A stretch of 64,000 bases of DNA, taken from positions 2,139 through 66,138 of the forward strand of contig CASFUZ010000005.1 of the NCBI GenBank assembly GCA_949298065.1, in the 5' to 3' direction. This document shows, in pieces, positions 38,308-46,490 of the stretch. Every line of letters starts with the position of its first letter. Position 1 is the first letter of the stretch. The notes under the pieces are model-generated. The model was not told the origin of the DNA. It made no database searches and saw nothing but the letters and a program-made list of their open reading frames with translations. This DNA is from an uncultured Pseudomonadota bacterium (GTDB taxonomy: Bacteria > Pseudomonadota > Alphaproteobacteria > RF32 > CAG-239). Made by a program: the position numbers and the translations under genes.

Positions 38308-39561
38308 TTGAAACCCTTACTCATCTTAACAAGAATCATTTTTGTCGGATGCTTCTGGAGTATCTTTTTTCTGGAAGGCATAAGGGTTATTATGCTCCGC
38401 AACTGGCGTTTTGACATTTTTAACAATGACCACTGGCTCTATGCCTGGAACAAATGGAATGAAGGATGGATTATTGATGACCCCAAAGAATGGGCTTTTG
38501 TTTTAATCATACTAACTTTTATCCCCCTGTGGCTCACGGGGTGGGCCGCTCTGAGCCTAATTCCCTGGGGAAAAATTTTCTTAAACATCATCATGTTTCC
38601 CATAAAAGCTTTCCGCAACCTATTCTACAAACCGGTTAAAATCATTGCGAAAAGCGCAGGGGCTCCGGTTGTTAAGAAGAAAAAATCATATAAGGAAATT
38701 CGCCCACGCGGCACACGCGCACCGATTACGGATTATAATGACCCCATACGCCCGAGCGTCTTAAGCAATGCAGCCAAACCGCTGGCTCCAGCAAAACCTG
38801 CGCCGATTAAGAAAGAAGAAACTTCAGCTCCGGCAACCTTTGAGCATAATTTATTTAAGTTTGATGATGACACGGATGACGATTTTGACTTTGATTTTGA
38901 TTCCTTTGACAAGAAATTCAATGAAGAGAAAGCCACAGCCACCCCTAAAGAAGATAAACCCACAGAAGAAACAAAACCGATCAGCAAAAACAAAAACAAC
39001 AAAGAAAAACGAAATACAGCCCCCAAAAACACTTCGCCCACACCACAACAACCACGATCTGGAGGCAACTCTACACTTGAAGTTTTAAAACAAAAAGGCT
39101 ACGAAGTTATCACCACAGCCACAATCAAAAACAGCGTCATTGACTTTATCGGCGTTTCAGACAAACAAATCATCCTCTGTTTGCTTGACAAAGAACCAGG
39201 AGATTGGCTGGCTGATGAAGAACGCTTTAATGATGAAGAACCTTTATGGTTTTCAGAGAGCAGCCATCGCATATCCCCGGTCAGAAAAGTAGACATTGTC
39301 CGCAAGATTTTGGCAGATAAATTATCCGAATCTGATATGAATTTTGAGATTAAAGCCTTTGTAATTGTCCAAATAGGAAATATCATAAATGCGGAAGATA
39401 TGTTTGAAACATGGGATGAATTGAATATCTCAGTAACCAGAATTGACAGGGGAACACCAAAGGAATTAAAATTATTTTCTAAGACACTAGAAGAAGCAAA
39501 TTCGCGTATTGAAAAAGAGCAATTTGAAAAGATAAAAAAATTAATTCGTAGCATAGCCTAA
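38308..39561 (+). CDS. Membrane protein with paralogous N-terminal TM domain, acidic repeat linker and C-terminal cytoplasmic domain
   Basis: ~417 aa. Start uncertain: TTG 38296 in the ORF track, or TTG 38308 with a ggag SD. The linker is DDDTDDDFDFDFDSFDKKFNEEK. Immediately upstream of the coupling protein. Confidence 0.5.
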   Translation: MKPLLILTRIIFVGCFWSIFFLEGIRVIMLRNWRFDIFNNDHWLYAWNKWNEGWIIDDPKEWAFVLIILTFIPLWLTGWAALSLIPWGKIFLNIIMFPIKAFRNLFYKPVKIIAKSAGAPVVKKKKSYKEIRPRGTRAPITDYNDPIRPSVLSNAAKPLAPAKPAPIKKEETSAPATFEHNLFKFDDDTDDDFDFDFDSFDKKFNEEKATATPKEDKPTEETKPISKNKNNKEKRNTAPKNTSPTPQQPRSGGNSTLEVLKQKGYEVITTATIKNSVIDFIGVSDKQIILCLLDKEPGDWLADEERFNDEEPLWFSESSHRISPVRKVDIVRKILADKLSESDMNFEIKAFVIVQIGNIINAEDMFETWDELNISVTRIDRGTPKELKLFSKTLEEANSRIEKEQFEKIKKLIRSIA

Positions 39562-39591
39562 CAGAGTAAAACAGATAAAAGGACACAAGGA

Positions 39592-41814
39592 TTGCAAAAA
39601 AGAGGAGAAGAATGGGAAGAATATGATCATGCCGTCCAATGGATGGTTATGACCGTCGTCATCACCCTTATCGTAACAATCGCGCTGGCAATCATCTCTA
39701 TGCCTTTGGGCTACCTCATTGGCTCTGGCATATCCAAGGATTCCCTAAACGATGTCGGTAAATTTATCACCACGGTTTTTGATAATCCGTCCTATTTATT
39801 TTCACGCTATTGGAACTGGTTTCGCCAGCTATCCGCCTATCGCGGAAGTTTTTCGGTAAGTTTGTGGCTTCCGATTCTCCCCATACTCTCCCTCCCTTTT
39901 GGTTTAATAATCGGAGCGGTAACCAATCCCTATCGTTTTCAGTCAAACATCCATGGTTCAGCCCGCATTGCCGAATATAAAGATATTAAGAAAATGGGCT
40001 TATTTGATGGTTTCTGTATGGTTGTCGGCAAATACAAAGGCCGTCTGCTGATGTTAAAAGAAACCTTATCCACCTTGTGTTGCGCACCTCCGGGAACAGG
40101 TAAAACCGTTGGCGTGGTTATTCCGACAATTTTCAACTCACACGGAATGAGTATTGTCGTCAACGACCCCAAACCGGAATTATGCTATTCCACAACTGGA
40201 GCAAGAGCCAAAGACGGACCTGTTTTTGTCATTAACTGGGGTGCGGAAGACAACCCTGCGGAAGGCATTTATTACCCAAGCTGGAATCCATTGTCGCCCA
40301 ATGCTTTACCGGCTCCGGGACCGGATAGAGATATGTATGTTGACTCCATGTGCAACATTTTGGTTGAAGACCCCAAAGGCGGTGCCGACCCGCACTGGTC
40401 TAAGACAGGTCGCGCAGCATTAACCGGATTCATACACTTTATTGCCTCCAAATGCGAGCGCGCCCGCGCTAATGACTACTTCATCGGTCGCATTTATGAA
40501 GGAAAATTGGATGAAGAAGATAAACGTGTCTTGGAAGGTTATTATCTGGATATGCGCGACCCGATGTCCGCCCGCGCCATCCAAAACCTTAGGAATGATA
40601 ACATTACCATAGACAATTATCTACCGATTGGCACATGGCAGTTACTGCCGGAAAAATGGATAGGACACGAATCCTGCCTGGCTATGATTTTGGAATGGAT
40701 TACAGAAGCCCAAATCAAGCAAGCGCAAGACATCAAACGCCGCATTGAAGAAGGCGACCAAATGGCAGCGATGTCAGACCCCATGCGTACGATGCTTGAA
40801 GAAGCTGTTGATGAAGCCAGACGTTTTGGCTACTCTCCTCGTTGTATTACGGAATTAAGCCAACTATCCTCCATGCCTGATAAAGAGCGCGGCTCCGTAT
40901 TATCAACGGGTTTTGCGGGTATTGGTATTTTCAAGAACTCGGCCGTTGTTTCGCGTACCAGTTTTTCTGATTTGCAGTTCAAGGACTTACGCGGTATGAA
41001 AGACCCGATTACGGGTGAATGGAAACCAATTTCGGTTTATTTGTCAGTTAACCAAGTTGATGCGCGCGCTTTGGGTGTTATTTCGGGAACTTTTATTGAG
41101 CTGATGTCCTCTTACCTAATTGCCAACCCGCCAAAATTTGTAAACAAAACCGATGGTCAAATGGGACCCTTCCCTTGCTTGTTTGTGCTGGACGAGTTCC
41201 CGCAAATGCCGAAGCTGAAAGCCATTATTGATGGTCCGGCGGTCGGACGTGGTCAAAAAGTTTCATATTTGCTGATTGGACAAGACTTAGGCCAAATTTC
41301 CGGTAAATATGGTAAAGATGACCTGGAAACGGTTATCTCAACAACCGCATGCAAAATCATCTTATCCCAAAACAACGAGCAAACAGCCCAGCGTTTTTCT
41401 AAGATGATTGGTAACAAAACCGTCCAAACCACATCTTATTCAAAGAACGAAGGAGCTCTTGGAAAAGGAAGCAACCCGTTTGCCAAGAACGTATCTTATC
41501 AACTTCAAGGAACTTCGGTTATCAGCACCACCCAGCTTTTGAGCTTGCCAATGCTCAAACAGGTCGTTTTGATGCAAGGCTTCATTGACCGCCCGATTAT
41601 GGCAGATTCGCCTCGTTGGTATCTTGATTCCACAATGAAGAAGTTGGCTGCCTTACCGCCCTCACCTTATGTTCCGGATTGGATAGTTGCTCAGCGCGAA
41701 GATATTAATGAGGATATGTTAGCCAAACTTGGCATTGATTATGATCCTGAAGCAGATGACGGCGATGACGAGTTTGACGAAGAAGATGAAGACACAACAA
41801 CCAACCAACAATAA
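39592..41814 (+). CDS. virD4: Type IV secretion coupling protein (VirD4/TraG/TraD family ATPase)
   Basis: 740 aa. Two N-terminal TM helices. Walker A PPGTGKTVGVV. Walker B LFVLDEFPQMPKL. T4CP-like all-alpha and nucleotide-binding domain order. Acidic C-terminal tail (DDGDDEFDEEDEDTTTNQQ). TTG start at 39592 with an aagga SD. Confidence 0.8.
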   Translation: MQKRGEEWEEYDHAVQWMVMTVVITLIVTIALAIISMPLGYLIGSGISKDSLNDVGKFITTVFDNPSYLFSRYWNWFRQLSAYRGSFSVSLWLPILPILSLPFGLIIGAVTNPYRFQSNIHGSARIAEYKDIKKMGLFDGFCMVVGKYKGRLLMLKETLSTLCCAPPGTGKTVGVVIPTIFNSHGMSIVVNDPKPELCYSTTGARAKDGPVFVINWGAEDNPAEGIYYPSWNPLSPNALPAPGPDRDMYVDSMCNILVEDPKGGADPHWSKTGRAALTGFIHFIASKCERARANDYFIGRIYEGKLDEEDKRVLEGYYLDMRDPMSARAIQNLRNDNITIDNYLPIGTWQLLPEKWIGHESCLAMILEWITEAQIKQAQDIKRRIEEGDQMAAMSDPMRTMLEEAVDEARRFGYSPRCITELSQLSSMPDKERGSVLSTGFAGIGIFKNSAVVSRTSFSDLQFKDLRGMKDPITGEWKPISVYLSVNQVDARALGVISGTFIELMSSYLIANPPKFVNKTDGQMGPFPCLFVLDEFPQMPKLKAIIDGPAVGRGQKVSYLLIGQDLGQISGKYGKDDLETVISTTACKIILSQNNEQTAQRFSKMIGNKTVQTTSYSKNEGALGKGSNPFAKNVSYQLQGTSVISTTQLLSLPMLKQVVLMQGFIDRPIMADSPRWYLDSTMKKLAALPPSPYVPDWIVAQREDINEDMLAKLGIDYDPEADDGDDEFDEEDEDTTTNQQ

Positions 41815-41828
41815 GGCAAAATGAAGCG

Positions 41829-42455
41829 ATGTGGGAATGGTCCAACCGGCAAAAGAACAATTCTCCAACACCGGAGGTAACCCAAAAAAACTCCGCATCG
41901 CTTCTTGCCGCTTATAATGACTTGATTGGCAATAGCTATGCCACATATCACAGCCGCGTCAAGAATATTCAGATAGCAGACAATCCCAACAATGAAAAAA
42001 TTACATCTCCGTCTGCCGAAGAAGTCTTTGCTCTGGTTCAAAGCAAAATCCGCGAATATAATCTGCCCGCAAGCACCCAAATTATTGAGAAAGAATATAT
42101 GCCGCAATCATGGCAGGAAATGAACCGTGCCTTTGATCGCTACCATAATCTACGCGCGCGTTTTTTTAAGCTTTTGGGCTATTCTGAACAAGAAAAATGC
42201 CAACAAGCCGGACTAACGGAAGAAGACATAAATTGCTTGAGAAACGGTTTTGCGCCAGAAAACTATAACATACATCTCAAAATTCCGGCAGATTTTGGAG
42301 GGTTGGCTGAATTTGAAAATTTCAGTCTCATCAAAACCCATCCCTATCATGACAACATTCACAGAATTATAGATATGCAAATTGAAAACAACTTTTTAAG
42401 GGTTTACAAAAAAATTTATCTCCCTTGGTTTGAAGGAAAATTTTATCATGATTAG
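41829..42455 (+). CDS. Short HNH-like (His-Me finger) nuclease toxin candidate
   Basis: 208 aa. IHLKIPADFGGLAEFENFSLIKTHPYH fits the H...GG...N...H pattern. Homologous to the motif in the 623-aa ORF at 25099. Followed by a SUKH-like ORF. Confidence 0.4.
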   Translation: MWEWSNRQKNNSPTPEVTQKNSASLLAAYNDLIGNSYATYHSRVKNIQIADNPNNEKITSPSAEEVFALVQSKIREYNLPASTQIIEKEYMPQSWQEMNRAFDRYHNLRARFFKLLGYSEQEKCQQAGLTEEDINCLRNGFAPENYNIHLKIPADFGGLAEFENFSLIKTHPYHDNIHRIIDMQIENNFLRVYKKIYLPWFEGKFYHD

Positions 42456-42900
42456 CCGCTACCTAAATTACTTTCGCCAAGCAACGGGTTGTGTTTTTTT
42501 TGAGCCCGCGGTTGAAAGCAATTTATCAAAAATAAATCACGAATTAACTACACGCAATTTTGCCCCAATCCCCGAAGAATATTATAACTTTCTAAAACTA
42601 ACAGACGGGCTTATTTTCAATGGCATAGAGTTTTATGGTTCCGTTCCGCATTACAGAGAACTTAAAGAATACACTTTTCCCAATCTTATCACAGTCAATG
42701 AATATTACTTAAACTATGACTATTTCATTCGCAAACTTGTCATTGGCCGAATTTCGGAAAATTTACTACTCTACAATGAAAACGAAAAAGTTTATACAAT
42801 TGCCGACCGAATAAACCTTCGTCCAATTTTGGAATGCGAAAGTTTTGTTGCCTTCTTAAAGATTTTTTATGACCACGCACTTCCGCCGAATGAGCGCTGA
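42448..42900 (+). CDS. SUKH (SMI1/KNR4)-like immunity protein candidate
   Basis: ~150 aa. IPEEYYNFLKLTDGLIFNGIEFYG matches the SUKH N-terminal motif. Paralogue of the ORF at 26967. Overlaps the upstream toxin-like ORF. Alternative start at 42430. Confidence 0.45.
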   Translation: MISRYLNYFRQATGCVFFEPAVESNLSKINHELTTRNFAPIPEEYYNFLKLTDGLIFNGIEFYGSVPHYRELKEYTFPNLITVNEYYLNYDYFIRKLVIGRISENLLLYNENEKVYTIADRINLRPILECESFVAFLKIFYDHALPPNER

Positions 42901-42975
42901 CACATTGACAAGAAAATACAAATCTTATATATCTGACAAATAGAATTAAACTCAATTTTTTTGAAAAGAAACACA

Positions 42976-43344
42976 ATGTCTGACATAAGTTCACTTCATA
43001 ATCACGGCGAAAATATTGCTCCTTTACTGGAAAAAATGCCTAATGAAGACGCTTTTTATAAAGCCTCAGACATTTTTCAACAACTCTGCGACCCCACACG
43101 TTTGCGGATTTTGTGGTTGTTGGCACATTGTGAGGCTTGCGTCCAAAATGTTGCAATCACCGTTGGCATGAGCACTTCGGCCGTTTCTCATCATCTTCGT
43201 ATTTTGCGCCAAACAGGGCTGATAACCAACCGCCGTTCGGGTAAAGAAGTTTATTACAAACTGGCAGAAACCCAAACAGCCAAGCTCATTCACAAAATGA
43301 TTGACGATGTTTTTGAAATGAACTGCCCTCAAAATAAATTATAA
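42976..43344 (+). CDS. ArsR/SmtB-family metalloregulatory transcription factor
   Basis: wHTH DPTRLRILWLL..VQNVAITVGMSTSAVSHHLRILR with candidate metal-binding Cys (CEAC). Convergent with the P1B-ATPase. Confidence 0.75.
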   Translation: MSDISSLHNHGENIAPLLEKMPNEDAFYKASDIFQQLCDPTRLRILWLLAHCEACVQNVAITVGMSTSAVSHHLRILRQTGLITNRRSGKEVYYKLAETQTAKLIHKMIDDVFEMNCPQNKL

Positions 43345-43346
43345 TA

Positions 43347-45194
43347 TTACTTGGCTTTTAGCGCACGCATAGCATTCAAAATAGCAATGACCGAAACGCC
43401 GACATCGGCAAACACGGCATCCCACATCGTGGCAATACCCCCTGCGCCCATAACCAAAACCAAGAGCTTAACCCCTAAAGCAAAAACAATATTTTGGCGT
43501 ACAATTTTTAAAGTTTTCTTTGAGATTCTGATAGCCTGCGCAATTTTTGAAGGCTCATCATTCATAATCACCACATCAGCAGCTTCTACCGCAGCATCTG
43601 AGCCTACCCCGCCCATGGCAATACCGATATCCGAAAGAGCCAGAACCGGCGCATCATTAATTCCGTCTCCCGTAAAGACCAATTTTCCATCCGATGATTT
43701 TTCACCCATCAAAACTTCAACTTTTTCAACTTTTTGAGCCGGCAGCAAATTTGCAAAAAACTTATCAAGACCAAGTTTTTCAGCCACATTTTGAGCCACG
43801 GCAACATTATCTCCGGTCAGCATTACTGTTTCTTTTATCCCCGCTTTTTTCAAAGCTGCAATGGCGGAGATAGCATCTTCCTTTATCTCATCGGCAATAA
43901 GAATATAACCTTTATATACGCCATTTTCTGCCACATAAACCACCGTGCCGACCTCTTTTGCTTCCTCAAAATCAATCTTAAATTCATCCATCAAACGCTT
44001 ATTTCCGAGCAAAACTTCCGCACCGTTAACAATGGCTTTTGTGCCTCTTCCGGCAAGTTCTTCATAAGATGAGATTTTTTCAAAATCAGGCTCTTTGCCA
44101 TAGGCTTTCCGAATAGATTGCGAAACAGGATGCGTTGACCCAAATCCGGCATAAGCAGCCAACTCAAGCAATTTTGCCTCATCAATTCCCAAACCTTTAA
44201 CTTTGCAAACTTCAAAACTTCCCTTGGTTAAAGTTCCCGTCTTATCAAAAACCACAATTTCGGCTTTGGATAGAGCTTCCAAATAGTTGCTCCCTTTAAC
44301 CAAAATACCTTGGCGAGAAGCAGCACCGATTCCGCCAAAAAAGCTCAAAGGCACCGAGATAACCAAGGCACAAGGACAAGAGATAACCAAAAATGTCAAA
44401 GCCCGATAAAACCAATCACTCCACAAAGCTTCTTTTATTAACAAAGGAGGAAAGACGGCAATAGCAACAGCTAAAAGCACTACAATCGGCGTATAGTAAC
44501 GTGCAAAACGCGTAATAAAATTCTCTAGCAGAGCTTTTTTAGAGCTTGCATTTTCCACCAAATCCAAAATCTTGGCAACGGTAGATTGCGCATAGATTCG
44601 GCTGACTCTAACCTTAAGTCTGCCGTTCAGATTAATACATCCGCTGATAATTTCATCGCCGACAGCAGCTTCTCTCGGCACCGATTCTCCCGTAATGGCA
44701 GACGTATCTATTAAAGAATATCCTTCAATAATATGACCATCTAAGGGTATCTTCTCACCTGCATTAACAACAATTACATCATCAACTTTAACCTCTTCCG
44801 GACTAACTTTTATAATCTTGCCGTCTTGCTCAATATTAGCATAATCCGGACGAATATTCATAAGAGAGGCTATAGATTTGCGAGATTTTGCCACCGCATA
44901 AGATTGGAATAATTCACCAACCTGATAAAACAACATCACCGCCACACCTTCGGAATATTCGCCTATGACAAAAGCCCCTATTGTGGACAAAGACATCAAA
45001 AAATTTTCATCAAAAACTTGCCCATGCCCAATATTTTTAACAGCTTTGAGCAAAATCGGCAATCCAACGATTATATAAGCTGCAACAAGACACAACAGCC
45101 GAAAAACTTTCTCCTCCGCCGAAAAGAAAAACGCGCCGAAAAACAAAATTGCCGCAACGATAATTTTATAAAGAAGTTTTTGCTGTTTTTTCAT
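43347..45194 (-). CDS. Heavy-metal translocating P1B-type ATPase (Zn/Cd/Pb-type features), no N-terminal HMA domain
   Basis: 615 aa. CPC in TM6 (ISCPCALV). DKTGTLT phosphorylation site. TGDN and GDGINDAP motifs. TM8 FADVGVSVIAILNAMRAL resembles the ZntA/CadA pattern. Confidence 0.75.
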   Translation of the reverse strand: MKKQQKLLYKIIVAAILFFGAFFFSAEEKVFRLLCLVAAYIIVGLPILLKAVKNIGHGQVFDENFLMSLSTIGAFVIGEYSEGVAVMLFYQVGELFQSYAVAKSRKSIASLMNIRPDYANIEQDGKIIKVSPEEVKVDDVIVVNAGEKIPLDGHIIEGYSLIDTSAITGESVPREAAVGDEIISGCINLNGRLKVRVSRIYAQSTVAKILDLVENASSKKALLENFITRFARYYTPIVVLLAVAIAVFPPLLIKEALWSDWFYRALTFLVISCPCALVISVPLSFFGGIGAASRQGILVKGSNYLEALSKAEIVVFDKTGTLTKGSFEVCKVKGLGIDEAKLLELAAYAGFGSTHPVSQSIRKAYGKEPDFEKISSYEELAGRGTKAIVNGAEVLLGNKRLMDEFKIDFEEAKEVGTVVYVAENGVYKGYILIADEIKEDAISAIAALKKAGIKETVMLTGDNVAVAQNVAEKLGLDKFFANLLPAQKVEKVEVLMGEKSSDGKLVFTGDGINDAPVLALSDIGIAMGGVGSDAAVEAADVVIMNDEPSKIAQAIRISKKTLKIVRQNIVFALGVKLLVLVMGAGGIATMWDAVFADVGVSVIAILNAMRALKAK

Positions 45195-45205
45195 CTAAAT
45201 AAGCC

Positions 45206-45442
45206 CTATCTTACAAGTGTTACATCATCATCAACTTTGGCTATCAACTTTTCAGCCTCATCCAAAATCTCTTCAAAACGAGCTTCTTCGGCTTCCAAAA
45301 CCAACTTTCCGGTCATAAAAGAAACCGTTGCCGAAATAACACCTTCAATCTGCTGAACGGCATTTTCAATTTTAGCTGCACAATTGGCACAGTCCAAATC
45401 TTGTAAAATAAAAGTCTTTTTCATTATCGCCTCACAAAACAT
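45206..45442 (-). CDS. Heavy-metal-associated (HMA) domain protein, CopZ-like
   Basis: 78 aa. LDCANCAAKIE contains the CxxC metal-binding motif. Directly upstream of the ATPase in the same orientation. Confidence 0.7.
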   Translation of the reverse strand: MFCEAIMKKTFILQDLDCANCAAKIENAVQQIEGVISATVSFMTGKLVLEAEEARFEEILDEAEKLIAKVDDDVTLVR

Positions 45443-45519
45443 TCAAACGCTCATTTAATTGTTTATATGTTTATGATAACATATGTATTTTTTATTGTCA
45501 ACAAAGCAAAAGTGTGTTC

Positions 45520-46260
45520 GCACAAAAAAAGCACCCTGAAAAACAGAGTGCTTTTTTAACTGGGGCGAACTTTGCCGGAGGCAAGAAAACAATCCTGTGA
45601 ATTGTTTTCTGCCGACGGAGACGGAAATGTTATGGCGGCACACAAGCGACAGCGCCGTGGGCCAGCATTAAATTTCCGGTGCCCGAAGCGTAGTTGTTGA
45701 GCCAACGGCGAAACCTACAGAGCAAGAGGAGGCAAGAAAACAATCCTGTGAATTGTTTTCTGCCGACGGAGACGGAAATGTTATGGCGGCGCACAAGCGA
45801 CAGCGCGGTAAGCGGACATTAAATTTCCGGTAACCGAAGCGCAGTTGTTGAGCTCAAAGCGAAACTTACGGAGCAAGAATAGTCCCATGCACTTTTGCTT
45901 CTTACAAGCAAAAGTGTGTTCGCACAAAAAAAGCACTATGAAAAAGACCTTCTGAAAACAAAAAAAGCACCCTGAAAAACAGAGTGCTTTTTTTAACTGG
46001 GGCGAACTTTGCCGGAGGCAAGAAAACAATCCTGTGAATTGTTTTCTGCCGACGGAGACGGAAATATTATGGCGGCGCACAAGCGACAGCGCGGTAAGCG
46101 GACATTAAATTTCCGGTGACCGAAGCGCAGTTGTTGAGCCCAAAGCGAAACTTACGGAGCAAGAATAGTCCCATGCACTTTTGCTTCTTGCAAGCAAAAG
46201 TGAGTTCGCACAAAAAAAGCACCCTGAAAAACAGAGTGCTTTTTTTAACTGGGGCGAACT
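45520..46260. repeat. Array of direct repeats containing three copies of the tRNA-His trailer terminator plus tRNA 3' end, and three copies of a ~150-bp unit
   Basis: aaaagcaccctgaaaaacagagtgcttttttaactggggcgaact occurs at ~45525-45571, ~45965-46008 and 46214-46260 (the last is the true tRNA end). The unit ggaggcaagaaaacaatcctgtgaattgttttctgccgacggagacggaaat..ggcggc.cacaagcgacagcgc occurs at 45578, 45726 and 46012, each with a perfect 10-bp inverted repeat AGAAAACAAT-N7-ATTGTTTTCT. Confidence 0.85.
46211..46246 (-). terminator. Rho-independent terminator immediately 3' of tRNA-His
   Basis: On the minus strand, after CCA: GCACTCTG-TTTTT-CAGGGTGC hairpin followed by TTTTTTT. Confidence 0.7.
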
Positions 46261-46326
46261 ATGGGACTCGAACCCACGACAACCGGTACCACAAACCGGG
46301 GCTCTACCAACTGAGCTAAGTTCGCC
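46250..46326 (-). tRNA. tRNA-His (anticodon GTG) with encoded G-1 and CCA
   Basis: Manual fold of the reverse complement: G-1 plus acceptor stem GCGAACT/AGTTCGC, D-arm AGCTCAGTTGGTAGAGC, anticodon stem CCGGT/ACCGG with loop TTGTGGT (GTG), T-arm GTGGGTTCGAGTCCCAT, discriminator C, then CCA. Confidence 0.85.
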
Positions 46327-46490
46327 ATCAGACTTATGCGTTTTTACAAACAATCTAACCGAAAGTCAAGACAAAAAGCATAAAAAATTTTTTATAATCA
46401 TAAAAATCACTTTTCAAAAATTAACAATTTATTTTCTTTTTAGCGCTAACCTAAGGTTAAACAACTCCAGAAAAAGAGATAAAAAAAGCA

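Noticed and set aside
37104-39554. Antisense ORFs 37104-37604, 38733-39068 and 39099-39554
   Set aside because: They are embedded in the 497-aa and 421-aa plus-strand genes, Ser/Leu-rich and of low complexity.
45520-46260. Considered whether the repeat array could be a CRISPR array
   Set aside because: Repeat units are ~45 to ~150 bp with variable spacing and include tRNA 3'-end and terminator sequence. There are no short regular repeat-spacer units and no cas genes.
34831-46260. Searched the coupling-protein block and tRNA-flanking regions for an integrase, transposase, relaxase or VirB/Trb genes that would make it a classical ICE or genomic island
   Set aside because: None recognised. No tyrosine-recombinase R..H..R..Y pattern, no relaxase 3-His motif, no VirB4/VirB11 Walker proteins. 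The island interpretation therefore rests only on att-like repeats and cargo type and is reported as a hypothesis, not a feature.
45455-46353. Three minus-strand ORFs (62, 99 and 82 aa) sharing the peptide SPQLKKALCFSGCFFC / HNISVSVGRKQFTGLFSCLRQSSPQLKK
   Set aside because: They lie entirely within the direct-repeat array next to tRNA-His. The shared peptide is just the repeat translated, the last one overlaps the tRNA itself, and there is no RBS or coding periodicity.
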